64,000 bases of DNA from Candidatus Levyibacteriota bacterium (GCA_043807135.1 JAZDGF010000003.1:72621-136620); one strand, 5' to 3'; numbered from the stretch's first letter, positions 10,608 through 21,905 are shown. A program made the numbers and translations. The notes: generated from the letters alone by a model not told the origin.

Positions 10608-12716
10608 CTATTCAACGCGTCCAGTAAAAGTAGACTTTGCAAGCATTTGTGAAACAATATTTTGTGGAACTTCTTCATAATGAGAAGGTTCCATATAATA
10701 ACTTGCTCTACCTTGTGACATAGAACGAAGTATTGTTGCATAACCTGATAATTCTGCCAGTGGTACTGTTGCTAAAATTATCGTTGCTTTTCCTCTTTCT
10801 TCAGTTCCCATAATTTGTGCTCTTTTTGAAGAAAGATCTCCAATAATATCTCCCATAAATTCACCTGGAGTTGTAACCTCAACCTTCATAATTGGTTCTA
10901 CAAGAGAAAGCTCTGCTTTTCTACAAGCTGTTTGAAGGGCCTGGCTTGCAGCAATCTTAAAAGCAACATCAGATGAATCAACATCATGAAAAGATCCATC
11001 ATAAACAGTTACACTCATATCAACTATTGGGTAACCAAGTAAAATTCCGTTCTCCATTGTTTCTTTAACGCCTTTTTCAATAGAAGTGATAAACTCAGCA
11101 GGAATTGCTCCTCCTTTAATTGCATTAACAAATTCATATCCTTCCCCTCTTGTTTTTGGCTCAACTCTAAGAAAACAGTGTCCATATTGTCCGCGTCCTC
11201 CGGATTGTCTTATATACTTTCCTTCTCCTTCTGCCGTGTTTTTAATAGTTTCTTTGTATGCAACTTGAGGAGCACCAACATTAGCCATAACATTAAACTC
11301 TCTTTTCATTCGATCAACCATAATTTCAAGCTGTAATTCTCCCATTCCTGAAATAATAGTTTGCCCTGTTTCATGGTTTGTTTTAATACTAAAAGTTGGG
11401 TCTTCTTCAGATAATCTTTTTAAAGCAAAACCGAGCTTTTCCTGATCTACTTTTGTTTTTGGCTCAATTGCCAAAGATATAACCGGCTCCGGGAAGGTAA
11501 TTTGTTCAAGAACAATAGGACTTTTTTCTTCGCAAAGTGTATCCCCTGTTCCCGTATCTTTAAGACCAACTAAGGCAACAATTTCCCCTGCATATGCTTC
11601 CTTAACTTCTTCTCTGTGATTTGCATGCATTAAAAGAATTCTTCCTATTCTTTCCCGCTTGTTTTTATTTGTGTTATAAATATATGAACCTGCTGCAGCT
11701 TTTCCAGAATAGACTCTAAAGTAGGTTAATTTTCCAACGTGAGGATCAATCTGAATCTTAAAAGCAAGCCCTGCAAAAGGTTCTTCAAAATCAGGCTTTC
11801 TTTCTTCTTCTTTTTCTGTTTTTGGATTAATCCCTTTAACTGCTCCAACATCCAAAGGCGATGGAAGATAGTCAATTACCGCATCAAGTAACGGTTGAAC
11901 TCCTTTGTTTCTTAAAGATGAACCTGCATAAATAGGAACCAGCTTATATGCAATAACCGCTCTTCTAAGTCCTGCTTTAAGTTCTTCTACAGATAATTCT
12001 TCGCCGTTTAAGTATTTTTCCATAAGAGCGTCATCATTTTCTGCTATTTTTTCAATTAACTTGTGTCTATATTCTTCAACTTGTTCTTTTAATTCTTCTG
12101 GAATTTCATCTGAAACTTCAAACTTTGCACCTAGTTGATCAGATCCCCAAATAAATGCTTTTTTAGTTAACAGATCAACTGTTCCTATAAAGCTTGATTC
12201 TACGCCGATTGGAAGCACCATAATTGCCGGATTTGCACCAAGCCTATTTTCAATAGATCTTATTGTTGCTAAAAAGTCCGCACCAAGTTTATCCATTTTG
12301 TTTACAAAGCAAATTCTTGGAACATTGTATTTATCTGCTTGTCTCCAGACTGTTTCAGACTGAGACTGAACACCTTCTTCAGCATCTAAAACTGTAATGC
12401 CTCCGTCTAATACACGCAAAGATCTTTCAACCTCTGCTGTAAAATCAACGTGTCCGGGAGTATCAATAATATTTATCCTGTGATCCTTCCAAAAAGCGGT
12501 AGTTGCAGCAGAAACAATGGTAATACCACGCTCTTTTTCCTGAACCATCCAGTCCATTTGTGTATTTCCTTCATCAATATCTCCAATCTTATACGTTCTT
12601 CCCGTATAAAAAAGAATACGCTCGGTTGTCGTGGTTTTACCCGCGTCAATATGCGCAATAATTCCAATGTTCCTAATTTTATCTAGTGTATAATCTTTTT
12701 TTGTTGGTTCTACCAT
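10608..12716 (-). CDS. fusA: Elongation factor G
   Basis: [31 protein letters not shown]. Confidence 0.99.
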   Translation of the reverse strand: MVEPTKKDYTLDKIRNIGIIAHIDAGKTTTTERILFYTGRTYKIGDIDEGNTQMDWMVQEKERGITIVSAATTAFWKDHRINIIDTPGHVDFTAEVERSLRVLDGGITVLDAEEGVQSQSETVWRQADKYNVPRICFVNKMDKLGADFLATIRSIENRLGANPAIMVLPIGVESSFIGTVDLLTKKAFIWGSDQLGAKFEVSDEIPEELKEQVEEYRHKLIEKIAENDDALMEKYLNGEELSVEELKAGLRRAVIAYKLVPIYAGSSLRNKGVQPLLDAVIDYLPSPLDVGAVKGINPKTEKEEERKPDFEEPFAGLAFKIQIDPHVGKLTYFRVYSGKAAAGSYIYNTNKNKRERIGRILLMHANHREEVKEAYAGEIVALVGLKDTGTGDTLCEEKSPIVLEQITFPEPVISLAIEPKTKVDQEKLGFALKRLSEEDPTFSIKTNHETGQTIISGMGELQLEIMVDRMKREFNVMANVGAPQVAYKETIKNTAEGEGKYIRQSGGRGQYGHCFLRVEPKTRGEGYEFVNAIKGGAIPAEFITSIEKGVKETMENGILLGYPIVDMSVTVYDGSFHDVDSSDVAFKIAASQALQTACRKAELSLVEPIMKVEVTTPGEFMGDIIGDLSSKRAQIMGTEERGKATIILATVPLAELSGYATILRSMSQGRASYYMEPSHYEEVPQNIVSQMLAKSTFTGRVE

Positions 12717-12731
12717 AGTTTAAATTTAGTC

Positions 12732-12776
12732 AAAAAAAACTTCCCCCTTCTAAAGGAAGCTATGCGTAGTATAGCA
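12732..12776 (-). promoter_or_regulatory. fusA extended -10 promoter plus 5' hairpin and U-tract leader
   Basis: TGcTATACT (-10 at 12773-12768), then CTTCCTTT-AGA-AGGGGGAAG hairpin and T8, 15 nt before ATG. Confidence 0.55.
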
Positions 12777-12902
12777 TAAATTAACGGTTAATTACTATTT
12801 TCCATCTCTTTAAAAATGGATAGCTTTACGAGCACACCTTGTTCTTGGAAAACCATCGCTAATCTTTGATCAAATTGCTGTTCAATTTCTTGATAATATT
12901 AA

Positions 12903-13376
12903 TTAAAATCTAAAGTGGCTAAATGCACGGTTTGCCTCGGCCATTCTGTGAGCCGTATCTCTTTTCTTAATAGCTGCTCCTTGGTTTTCTACGGCATCTT
13001 TAAGTTCTACTGCCAGTTTTTCAGCAAAGGTATGATATTCTTTATTTGATCTTCCCCTTGCAGCCTCAATTATCCACCGCATGGATAAAGAAATTCTTCT
13101 ATCTCCTCTTACATCCATTGGAATTTGGTAAGAAGCTCCTCCGATTCTTTTAGCTTTTACTTCTTGCCTTGGACCAACATTTTGAATTGCTTTTTCAAAA
13201 GTCTCCAGGGGATTTATTCCACCTTTTTCAAGAAGCTCAAAAGCTTTGTATAAATTTTTCTCGGCAATAGTTTTTTTACCATCTTTCATTAATTTATTAA
13301 TGAATTTGGCAACCAGAAAGTTATTATAAATTTTATCTGCCGATATTTTTCTTTTTTCTGTTTTTTTATGTCTCAT
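12903..13376 (-). CDS. rpsG: 30S ribosomal protein S7
   Basis: MKDGKKTIAE, RIGGASYQIP, HRMAEANRAFSHFRF. Confidence 0.98.
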   Translation of the reverse strand: MRHKKTEKRKISADKIYNNFLVAKFINKLMKDGKKTIAEKNLYKAFELLEKGGINPLETFEKAIQNVGPRQEVKAKRIGGASYQIPMDVRGDRRISLSMRWIIEAARGRSNKEYHTFAEKLAVELKDAVENQGAAIKKRDTAHRMAEANRAFSHFRF

Positions 13377-13382
13377 ATTTTT

Positions 13383-13856
13383 TTACTCAACTGGTGCTAC
13401 CGATGGCGGTGTAGGCACTGAAGCAGACGCTGAAACTCCTGCTTTTCCTCCTCCACTCTTGGTTCCATATTTACTTCGTGATGTTTTTCTTCCTTCAACT
13501 CCTGTCAAATCAAATTTTCCCCTAACTATATGATATTTTACACCCGGTAGATCCTTAACCCTTCCTCCTCTTACTAGAACAATTCCATGCTCTGAAAGAG
13601 AATGTCCGATTCCCTGAATATATGCTGTAACTTCCATTTTATTAGAAAGTTTTACTCTTGCAACTTTTCTTAGAGCAGAATTTGGCTTTTTAGGAGTCAT
13701 TGTTTTAACCAATGTTACAACTCCTCTTTTTTGTGGAGCAATAAGGTTTTTGTATTCTCTATCTTTTGCATTAAAAAGACGACGTAAAGCATTTGAACGC
13801 GTCTTTTTAACTTTTTTAACTCTTCCCCTTTTTGATAATTGTGAAATTGTTGGCAT
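13383..13856 (-). CDS. rpsL: 30S ribosomal protein S12 with Ala/Pro-rich C-terminal extension
   Basis: [32 protein letters not shown]. Confidence 0.98.
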   Translation of the reverse strand: MPTISQLSKRGRVKKVKKTRSNALRRLFNAKDREYKNLIAPQKRGVVTLVKTMTPKKPNSALRKVARVKLSNKMEVTAYIQGIGHSLSEHGIVLVRGGRVKDLPGVKYHIVRGKFDLTGVEGRKTSRSKYGTKSGGGKAGVSASASVPTPPSVAPVE

Positions 13857-13878
13857 AATTTATTTAATAAGTACTGTA

Positions 13879-16800
13879 TTATACCTCATCTGCTGTTTTT
13901 CCTTCAACCGGAATGAGGCGACCGATGATAACATTTTCTTTAAGTCCTACTAATTTATCTACTGCACCTTCAAGTGCTGCTTCTGTTAAAACTTTTGTTG
14001 TCTCTTGAAAAGAAGATGCCGAAAGCCAAGAATCAGAAAATAGAGATGATTTAGTAATGCCAAGCAATGTTTGTCTTGCCGTTGCAGGCTCTCCTCCTTG
14101 AGAAAGAATTTCCGAGTTAATTTCTTCAAATCTTGCTCTAGTAATAAAATCACCGGGAACCAAAGCCGTATCTCCAACTGTTTCAACAATAACCTTGTCT
14201 GACATTTTTCTTAAAATTACCTCAAAATGCTTATCATTAATAACAATTCCTTGAGATTCATATACTCTTTGAGCTTCGTCAATAACGTATCTTTGTGCTT
14301 CTTTTAGACCGTTAATTTTTACAACTTCTTTTGGATCAAGATAACCTTGTGCAAGTTGTGTTCCAACAATTATATCTTGTCCATCTTTAACTGTTAAAGT
14401 TGCTGAGGCGGGAACAAAATATTCTTTTTCTTCAACCGGTTTAACTTTAGTGTTTTTAATTTTTAACACATGGCCGTCATCATTTGACTCAATCTTTAGT
14501 TTTCCTGAAACTTCTGAGATTGGGGAAAGATTTTTTGGTGTTCTCATTTCAAAAAGTTCTTCTACTCTTGGTAAACCTTGAGTAACGTCGCTCATTACTA
14601 CTCCTCCAAAATGTCTAACACGCATAGTAAGCTGAGTTCCCGGCTCTCCAATAGATTGAGCAGCAACTACTCCAACAGGAACTCCAACTTCAACAATTCT
14701 TTTGTTACTAAAATCAATTCCATAACATTTAGCACAAATCCCGTATTCCATTTCACAGGTCAAAGGAGATCTTATAACAACTTCTTCTACTTCTTCCTTA
14801 AGAATTTCTTTTGCTTTTTCTGAAGTTATTTCATCGCCTGCTTTGACGATTCTTTTCTTTGTTTTCTTAGAAACAATCTTTGACGCAGCAAACCTACCTA
14901 AGATTCTGTCTATAAAGTTTGCAGTTCTTTCTTCTTCATGTGCAGCAATAGTGACTCCTTCTTTTGTCCCACAATCTTCTCCTTTTACAATTACGTCATG
15001 GGATACATCAACTAAACGTCTTGTTAAATATCCTGCATTTGCAGTTTTTAAAGCAGAATCAGTTAATCCTTTTCTTGATCCTCTTGCTGATGCAACATAC
15101 TCAAAGATTGAAAGCCCTTCTCTAAAATTAGATTTAATTGGTAGTTCAACAATTTTTCCAAGCGGATCAAGAATAAGACCTCTCATTGCAGATAACTGTT
15201 TTAATTGCTCTTTTCCTGCTCTTGCACCTTCTGAGTCAATAATTGTTTTTATTACGTTTTCATCTTTTAAGTTATTCCAGGTAAGATCTGCAATTTTATC
15301 GGTTGTTTTTAGCCAAACTTCGTTTGAAAGTCTTTTCTTTTCCTCGTTTGTAATAAGTCCTGATTGATAATCTTCATCAATCTTTGTTATCTTTTTCTCT
15401 GCTTCTCCAATTAATTCTTCTTTTTCTAAAACTTCTTCGTTATCAAAAACCGATACTGAAATTCCAGATACGGTTGCACCGAAAAATCCAAGTGATTTAA
15501 TTCCATCAATAAGCTCTGTAACTTCATCATCTTCAATAACAGAGATAGCACTAGTAACAAGTTTTTTAATTCCGGATGCTTTAATTGGTTCATTTATAAA
15601 ACCAAATTCATCTGGAAGTTTTTCATTAAACATAATTCTTCCAAGTGACGTTTCAATAATTTCATTATTAACTTTTACCTTAATTAGTTCTCTTAGCAAA
15701 ATTTTATCAAATGAATATGCAAGATAAGCTTCATTAAAATCTGAAAAAGTCCTTGGGTCTTCTTTTCTTAAAGTTTCATCAAAAGTTGTAAGATAAAAAA
15801 TTCCAACTGCCATTTCCTTATTTGGAAGAGTAATCGGACTTCCATCTGCAGGCTTTAATAGATTATGACTTGGCATCATGAGTTTTATTGCTTCTTCCTG
15901 AGCTTTTTTTGAAAGTGGAATATGAACAGCCATCTGATCTCCATCAAAATCAGCGTTATATCCTGCACAGACACAAGGATGAAGAGAAATTGCAGCGCCT
16001 TCAATTAAAATTGGGTAAAATGCTTGAATTCCCAATTTATGTAGCGTTGGTGCACGATTGAGTAAAACCGGATGATTTTTAGTTATCTCTTCCAAAATGT
16101 CAAATACTTCAGGTGGTCTTTTTTCAATAAATCTTTTTGCACTCTTAATGTTTGGAGCATATCCTCTGACAATAACTTCACGAAGAACAAATGGTTTAAA
16201 CATTTCAAGAGCCATTTCTTTTGGAAGCCCACATTGAGAAAGTTTTAACTCAGGTCCAACAACAATAACCGATCTTCCTGAGTAATCTACTCTTTTTCCA
16301 AGAAGATTTTGTCTGAATCTTCCTTGTTTTCCACGAAGCATATCAGAAAGTGATCTTAATGGTGAAGAGATCGACTGTGATCCTCTTTGAGATGCATCTA
16401 TTAACGAATCTACTGCCTCCTGAAGCATTCTTTTTTCATTTCTTAAGATTATTTCAGGTGCACCAAGGGAAATTAAATGCTTGAGCCTGTTATTTCTATT
16501 AATTACTCTTCTGTAAAGATCGTTTAAATCAGATGTTGCAAATCTTCCCCCTGAAAGCTGAACCATAGGACGAAGGTCCGGTGGGATAACCGGAAGAACG
16601 CTCATGATAATATTTGCAGGAGAAACTCCGGCTTTTTTCATTACCTCAATAAGCCTTAGTCTTTTAATAACTTTTAGATATTTTTGTCCTTTTGATTTTT
16701 CTGCTTCTTTTCTTAAAGTTAATATTAATTCACTAAGATCAAGTTTATTTATAAGTTCTAAAAGTCCGTCTGTTCCGGTTTTAATGGTAAAAAATACCGG

Positions 16801-17595
16801 AATATCATATTCAAGAATCTTAAAGTACTCATCTTCTGATAAAACACTCCCCATTTTAAGGCTTTTAATAAGCTTTGAAAGAGCATCTGCAATCTCGTCA
16901 ACTTTTTTGCTCTCAGAACTAAATCTATCATTAAGCCTTGCAACTCTTTGTCTTTTTTGAAGATCAAGCTCTTGAAGAATTAATTCTTTTTGCTCAGGTT
17001 TTACTTTTATTTTCTTAGATTCTTTTTTCTTTTCTTCAATCTCTTTATCAATTTTCTTTTCCTCTTCAAGTATTTCTTCCTTTAATTGTTCTTTTCTCTT
17101 TTCAATATTTTTAGAAAGATCGCCCAAGCTTTGTTTTTTCTTTTCTTCATCAATTTCTGTAATAAGATAGGATGCGTAATAAACAACTGCTTCAAGGCTT
17201 TTTTGCGGCATATTCAAAATTAAAGGCAATGCTGAAGAAAGACCTTTGAAAAACCAGACATGAGCAACCGGTGCAGCTAATGCAATATGTCCCATTCTTT
17301 CACGTCTTACTCTTGAAAGGGTAACCTCAACTCCACATTTGTCGCAAATTATTCCTCTATTTCTAATTCTTTTGTATTTTCCGCAATAACATTCCCAATC
17401 CTTAGTTGGACCAAAAATTCTTTCATCAAAAAGACCTGCTTTTTCCGGTCTTAAAGTTCTGTAGTTAATTGTTTCAGGCTTTGTTACTTCTCCGTAAGAC
17501 CACCTTAAAACATCTTCTTTTGAAGCAAGTAAGATTTTTAATGATTTGAAATCTAAGATTGTTAAATCTTTTGCTTTTTTATTATCGTTATTCAT
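13879..17595 (-). CDS. rpoC: RNA polymerase subunit beta'
   Basis: NADFDGDQM catalytic motif, N-terminal zinc finger, KPETINYRT. Confidence 0.99.
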   Translation of the reverse strand: MNNDNKKAKDLTILDFKSLKILLASKEDVLRWSYGEVTKPETINYRTLRPEKAGLFDERIFGPTKDWECYCGKYKRIRNRGIICDKCGVEVTLSRVRRERMGHIALAAPVAHVWFFKGLSSALPLILNMPQKSLEAVVYYASYLITEIDEEKKKQSLGDLSKNIEKRKEQLKEEILEEEKKIDKEIEEKKKESKKIKVKPEQKELILQELDLQKRQRVARLNDRFSSESKKVDEIADALSKLIKSLKMGSVLSEDEYFKILEYDIPVFFTIKTGTDGLLELINKLDLSELILTLRKEAEKSKGQKYLKVIKRLRLIEVMKKAGVSPANIIMSVLPVIPPDLRPMVQLSGGRFATSDLNDLYRRVINRNNRLKHLISLGAPEIILRNEKRMLQEAVDSLIDASQRGSQSISSPLRSLSDMLRGKQGRFRQNLLGKRVDYSGRSVIVVGPELKLSQCGLPKEMALEMFKPFVLREVIVRGYAPNIKSAKRFIEKRPPEVFDILEEITKNHPVLLNRAPTLHKLGIQAFYPILIEGAAISLHPCVCAGYNADFDGDQMAVHIPLSKKAQEEAIKLMMPSHNLLKPADGSPITLPNKEMAVGIFYLTTFDETLRKEDPRTFSDFNEAYLAYSFDKILLRELIKVKVNNEIIETSLGRIMFNEKLPDEFGFINEPIKASGIKKLVTSAISVIEDDEVTELIDGIKSLGFFGATVSGISVSVFDNEEVLEKEELIGEAEKKITKIDEDYQSGLITNEEKKRLSNEVWLKTTDKIADLTWNNLKDENVIKTIIDSEGARAGKEQLKQLSAMRGLILDPLGKIVELPIKSNFREGLSIFEYVASARGSRKGLTDSALKTANAGYLTRRLVDVSHDVIVKGEDCGTKEGVTIAAHEEERTANFIDRILGRFAASKIVSKKTKKRIVKAGDEITSEKAKEILKEEVEEVVIRSPLTCEMEYGICAKCYGIDFSNKRIVEVGVPVGVVAAQSIGEPGTQLTMRVRHFGGVVMSDVTQGLPRVEELFEMRTPKNLSPISEVSGKLKIESNDDGHVLKIKNTKVKPVEEKEYFVPASATLTVKDGQDIIVGTQLAQGYLDPKEVVKINGLKEAQRYVIDEAQRVYESQGIVINDKHFEVILRKMSDKVIVETVGDTALVPGDFITRARFEEINSEILSQGGEPATARQTLLGITKSSLFSDSWLSASSFQETTKVLTEAALEGAVDKLVGLKENVIIGRLIPVEGKTADEV

Positions 17596-17598
17596 TTA

Positions 17599-20500
17599 TT
17601 AGTTATTCTCCTTTTCCGTTTGTTTAAGATCTTTGGCAACGCTTTCTTCTCCTACTTCCCCAACATGTACTCCTTGATCTTCTTCTAAGACTTCTTTTTC
17701 ACCAAGTTCTCCTGCAAGCTCTTTTACCTGCTCTTCTACTTTTTCCGCTACTATTTCTTTTTCTTCTGTTTTTACTTCTTCTTCTTTATCAGCAATTTTT
17801 GCATCAATTGGTATAACATTTAAACCAAGTGCCTGAAGCTCTTTAATAAGAACCTTAAAGGATTCAGGAACTTTTGGTGTTGGAATATCAGTTCCTTTAA
17901 CAATTGCTTCAAAAGCTTTTGCACGTCCAACAACATCATCTGATTTAATGGTCAACATTTCCTGCAAAGTGTATCTTGCCCTATGCGCCTCAAGTGCCCA
18001 AACTTCCATTTCTCCAAGTCTTTGTCCGCCCATTTGGGCTTTTCCTCCTAATGGTTGCTGAGTAACTAAAGAGTATGGACCGGTTGATCTTGCGTGAGTT
18101 TTATCTTCTACCATGTGAATTAATTTCATCATGTATTCAATTCCTACAACTACCGGTTTATCATATGCTTTTCCGGTTCTTCCGTCGTAAAGCACTGCTT
18201 TTCCACTAACTGGAAAGTTTGCTTTTTTTAAATCATTAATAATTTTTTCTTCTTTTACTTTTTCAAAAACCGGAATTGCGTACTTAGTGTTTAATCTATA
18301 TCCGGCAATTCCAAGATGAGCTTCCAAGAGCTGACCCAAATTCATACGAGCAAGTACGGAAATAGGAGATATTATTATGTCAACTGGTGTTCCATCTGCA
18401 AGGTGAGGCATATCAACTTCCGGAAGAATCTTTGAGATAACCCCTTTGTTTCCATGCCTTCCAGCAAGCTTATCTCCAACAACCACATGTCTTAATTGCG
18501 CTACCTCGACAATAATTTTTCTTAAAGCTCCAGGTTCAAGTTCATCACCTTTTTTTCGATCTAGAATTTGAACATTAACAACTGTTCCACGCTCTCCATG
18601 AGGTATTCTTAAGGAAGTATCTCTTACTTCTCTAGCCTGTTCTCCAAAGATTGCTCTTAATAGTCTTTCTTCTGCGGTAAGTTCGGTTTCTCCTTTTGGT
18701 GCAATTTTTCCAACAATAATATCTCCTGATGAAACTTCCGATCCTACAACAACTATTCCTTCTTCATCAAGGTTTGCCAAATCTTCTTCTGAGACATTTG
18801 GAATATCTCTGGTTGTTTCTTCAGGGCCTAATTTTGTTTCAACTACTACTGCTTCATATTTTTCAAGATGAATAGAGGATAAAACATCTTCTTTAACTAA
18901 TCTGTCAGAAATTACAATTGCATCTTCATATCCAAGACCATCAAAAGAAGTGTAGGCAATAATTAAGTTTTGACCTAGAGCAAGTTCTCCTTTTTGAGAA
19001 GCAGGACCATCAATTAAAAGATCTCCTTTTTTTACTTTTTCTCCTGTAATTACCATGGCTTTTTGAGTATACGCGGTTGCCTGAGAAGTTCTTTTGAATG
19101 AACTAATAATATAGGTTTCTTCTTCTTTTTTACCCTTTCCTTTAATCGTTATTCTGTTTGCATCTGCATAAGTAACAGTTGCGTCAAAAGGAGCCCTAAC
19201 TACTCTATTCATAACTTGAGAAATTTCTTTTTCCATGCCGGTTCCGACAATTGGGCTTTCTGGTTTAAGAAGCGGTACTGCCTGGCACTGCATATGAGTT
19301 CCCATAAGTGCTCTGTTTGCTTCGTCATGAGAAACAAATGGAATAAGAGATGCTGCTGATCCAACAACCTGCCTAGGAACAATATCTACGTATTCAATGT
19401 TCTCTTTATCAGTTTCAATAAATTCTCCCTTGTGTCTTGCAGGAACACGAGCAGAAGCAATAGTTCCATCATCTTCTAAAACAGTTGTATGGGTAATATA
19501 ATGATTTCTCTCGTCTTCAGTATCAATATAGACAAGTTCATCAGTTGCTTTTATAATGGCTTTCTTACCTTTTTTTTGATGAACTACTTTTCTGTATGGA
19601 GTTTCTAAAAAACCAAACTCATTTACTTTAGCATACAAAGCAAGGTAGGTAACAAGTCCTATGTTTGGTCCTTCAGGACTTCTGATCGGACAAATTCTTC
19701 CATACTGAGAAGCATTAATATCACGAATTGAGAAAGCTGCTCTTTCTCTTGAAATTCCGCCGGTTCCCATAACAGTAAGTCTGTTTAAATTGTCTATTTC
19801 TGAAAGTGGATTTGTCTGATCAAGAATGGTTGAGAGCTGAGAGGTTCTGAAGAATTCATTAATAGATGCCATAATCGGTCTTGCGTTAATTAATCCGGCA
19901 ATTGAGGTTGGCTGATCAAGCTGAATAAGACTCATTCTCTCTTTTACCGATCTTTCAAGCCTTAAAGCACCAATTCTAAAAGCAGTATTTGCTACCAGTT
20001 CCCCAACACACCTAACTCTTCTATTAGAAAGGCTGTCAATATCATCTACCCCATCCTTTCCTCTTGAAAGTCCGATTAAATAACTTATTGTTGCGACAAT
20101 ATCATCTAAAACTAGCGTCCTAACAGTCTCTTCTGCAGGAGTAAATCCGGGAACTTTTTTAAGTTTTTTATTCATTTTGTATCTTCCGACTTTTCCCAGA
20201 TCATATCTTCGTGAATTAAAAAACATTCCATTAAAGTTTTCTCTTACTTTATCTAAAACTATTGGTTCCCCCGGATGCATTTTTCTAAAAATCTCAACAA
20301 GTGCGGTTGCAGAATCTCCGGTTTCATCTTTTTTTAAAGTATTTGCAATATATGCTGTTTCTCCATCTACTTCAAGATCTTTAAATCTCTCTTTTATTTC
20401 ATCATTTGAAGAAATTCCAATTGCTCTTAAAAAAGTAGTTGCCGGAAACTTTCTTCTTCTGTCAATTTTAACCATAATTGTTTCGTGTCTGGTGGTAGAA

Positions 20501-21018
20501 AATTCAAGCCAAGATCCGTGAACCGGTCTAATTTCTGCAGTGTGCAAAGTTTTTCCGGTTACGTTATCTTTATTTGCGGTAAAGAATGCTCCAGGAGATC
20601 TAACCAATTGGCTAACAACCGCTCTTTCAATTCCATTAACAATAAATGTTCCTCTATCTGTCATTTGTGGAATATCCCCAAGAAAAACTTCCTGTTCTAA
20701 TTTTGAATCGGTTTTTTTGTTTATTAAAGTAGCGTTTACATAAAGAGGAGCGTCGTAAGTAAGTCCTTTGACAAGACAGACATCTGAATTAACAGGTATT
20801 TTTCCAAGTCTATAATCTTTAAGAACCATAGTCCAATTCTTTTCCGTAAAATCATCAATAGGAGATATTTCTTGAAGTACCTCTACAATTCCTTTTTCAA
20901 GAAACCATTTATAGGATTTTTTTTGAGTGGCAAGTAAATCTAATTTAGGCAGTAGTTTATAGTCCTTACCCCAATTATCTCTTAACTTGTTGTTTGTTTT
21001 AATATCAGCCTTTGGCAT
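17599..21018 (-). CDS. rpoB: RNA polymerase subunit beta
   Basis: PEGPNIGL, GDKLAGRHGNKGV, GGQRLGEMEVWALEA. Confidence 0.99.
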   Translation of the reverse strand: MPKADIKTNNKLRDNWGKDYKLLPKLDLLATQKKSYKWFLEKGIVEVLQEISPIDDFTEKNWTMVLKDYRLGKIPVNSDVCLVKGLTYDAPLYVNATLINKKTDSKLEQEVFLGDIPQMTDRGTFIVNGIERAVVSQLVRSPGAFFTANKDNVTGKTLHTAEIRPVHGSWLEFSTTRHETIMVKIDRRRKFPATTFLRAIGISSNDEIKERFKDLEVDGETAYIANTLKKDETGDSATALVEIFRKMHPGEPIVLDKVRENFNGMFFNSRRYDLGKVGRYKMNKKLKKVPGFTPAEETVRTLVLDDIVATISYLIGLSRGKDGVDDIDSLSNRRVRCVGELVANTAFRIGALRLERSVKERMSLIQLDQPTSIAGLINARPIMASINEFFRTSQLSTILDQTNPLSEIDNLNRLTVMGTGGISRERAAFSIRDINASQYGRICPIRSPEGPNIGLVTYLALYAKVNEFGFLETPYRKVVHQKKGKKAIIKATDELVYIDTEDERNHYITHTTVLEDDGTIASARVPARHKGEFIETDKENIEYVDIVPRQVVGSAASLIPFVSHDEANRALMGTHMQCQAVPLLKPESPIVGTGMEKEISQVMNRVVRAPFDATVTYADANRITIKGKGKKEEETYIISSFKRTSQATAYTQKAMVITGEKVKKGDLLIDGPASQKGELALGQNLIIAYTSFDGLGYEDAIVISDRLVKEDVLSSIHLEKYEAVVVETKLGPEETTRDIPNVSEEDLANLDEEGIVVVGSEVSSGDIIVGKIAPKGETELTAEERLLRAIFGEQAREVRDTSLRIPHGERGTVVNVQILDRKKGDELEPGALRKIIVEVAQLRHVVVGDKLAGRHGNKGVISKILPEVDMPHLADGTPVDIIISPISVLARMNLGQLLEAHLGIAGYRLNTKYAIPVFEKVKEEKIINDLKKANFPVSGKAVLYDGRTGKAYDKPVVVGIEYMMKLIHMVEDKTHARSTGPYSLVTQQPLGGKAQMGGQRLGEMEVWALEAHRARYTLQEMLTIKSDDVVGRAKAFEAIVKGTDIPTPKVPESFKVLIKELQALGLNVIPIDAKIADKEEEVKTEEKEIVAEKVEEQVKELAGELGEKEVLEEDQGVHVGEVGEESVAKDLKQTEKENN

Positions 21019-21110
21019 CTGAGAGTTGTCTTTAGAAGAATTAAGTTTTTTACAACAAAAACGCCTTGAGGATCTCTCCTCTTTCTTAATCCTTTATATA
21101 AAGTTATAAA

Positions 21111-21140
21111 CTTATATCATACAAAATTGCATAATGTCAA
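21111..21140 (-). promoter_or_regulatory. rpoB promoter
   Basis: TTGACA-N18-TATAAG with extended TG; leader contains a GAGGA-GAGA-TCCTC hairpin (21081-21068). Confidence 0.5.
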
Positions 21141-21149
21141 GAGGAGAAA

Positions 21150-21905
21150 TTAAGCTCCTCTTTCTCTTACGGCAATTCTATATTTACAATAGTCACAATC
21201 TTCTCCGGACTTGGGTATTTTATCGTCTCTTAAACAGTTAATTGCATCATTAATAGTTTTTTCAACCCAAGAATCATTTCCTTTATATGGCAAAATCTTA
21301 ATATCAAATTCAAGCTTTGCATCAAAAGCTTTTTTATCGGTAATACCATTACAATATACAAAATATCCTGTGTCTGACACTTTGTAGCCGTTTTTTCTAA
21401 ACAACCATTGATAAATTTCCATCTGTCTTTTATACCCATCTTGCCATTCCTTATCTAAAGTTACCTCTTCTTCTTTAGAAGTTGCTTTGTAATCAACAAT
21501 AATATATTCCCCATTTGGATTTATCCAAACATCATCTATTCCTCCTGTGACAATAACGTTTGAGTGATCAATTCTAGCAGTTATTCCCCTCCTCATAGCA
21601 TCTCTCCACTCATCTATTTTTTCATGATCTAAAGGAATTGCATCAACTCCATATGTTGTCATTAAAGGATGAGCTGTTTTTTTAGCTCTATGAATATCAA
21701 ATTCTTTTTTTAATAACTTATCTACTGCGGAATTTAGAGAAAACGGATAACCTGGAGGCTGACCTACACCAAGACGACGATCTAAGTAAAAGCAACGTGG
21801 ACAACTAATAAATAAATCTATTTTACTTCTGCTTAAGCGAAATAAATCAGTTGTGCTGGGGTTATATAAATATTTTTTCCGGTTAGGATTATAATATTGA
21901 GACAT
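21150..21905 (-). CDS. PD-(D/E)XK nuclease, RecB/AddB/Cas4-like
   Basis: LSRSKI...CPRCFY, GGIDDV...IVDYKAT, QMEIY, C-terminal CDYC. Confidence 0.85.
   Translation of the reverse strand: MSQYYNPNRKKYLYNPSTTDLFRLSRSKIDLFISCPRCFYLDRRLGVGQPPGYPFSLNSAVDKLLKKEFDIHRAKKTAHPLMTTYGVDAIPLDHEKIDEWRDAMRRGITARIDHSNVIVTGGIDDVWINPNGEYIIVDYKATSKEEEVTLDKEWQDGYKRQMEIYQWLFRKNGYKVSDTGYFVYCNGITDKKAFDAKLEFDIKILPYKGNDSWVEKTINDAINCLRDDKIPKSGEDCDYCKYRIAVRERGA

Noticed and set aside
21150-21905. CRISPR-Cas locus suggested by the Cas4-like nuclease
   Set aside because: No repeat-spacer array and no other cas genes in the window
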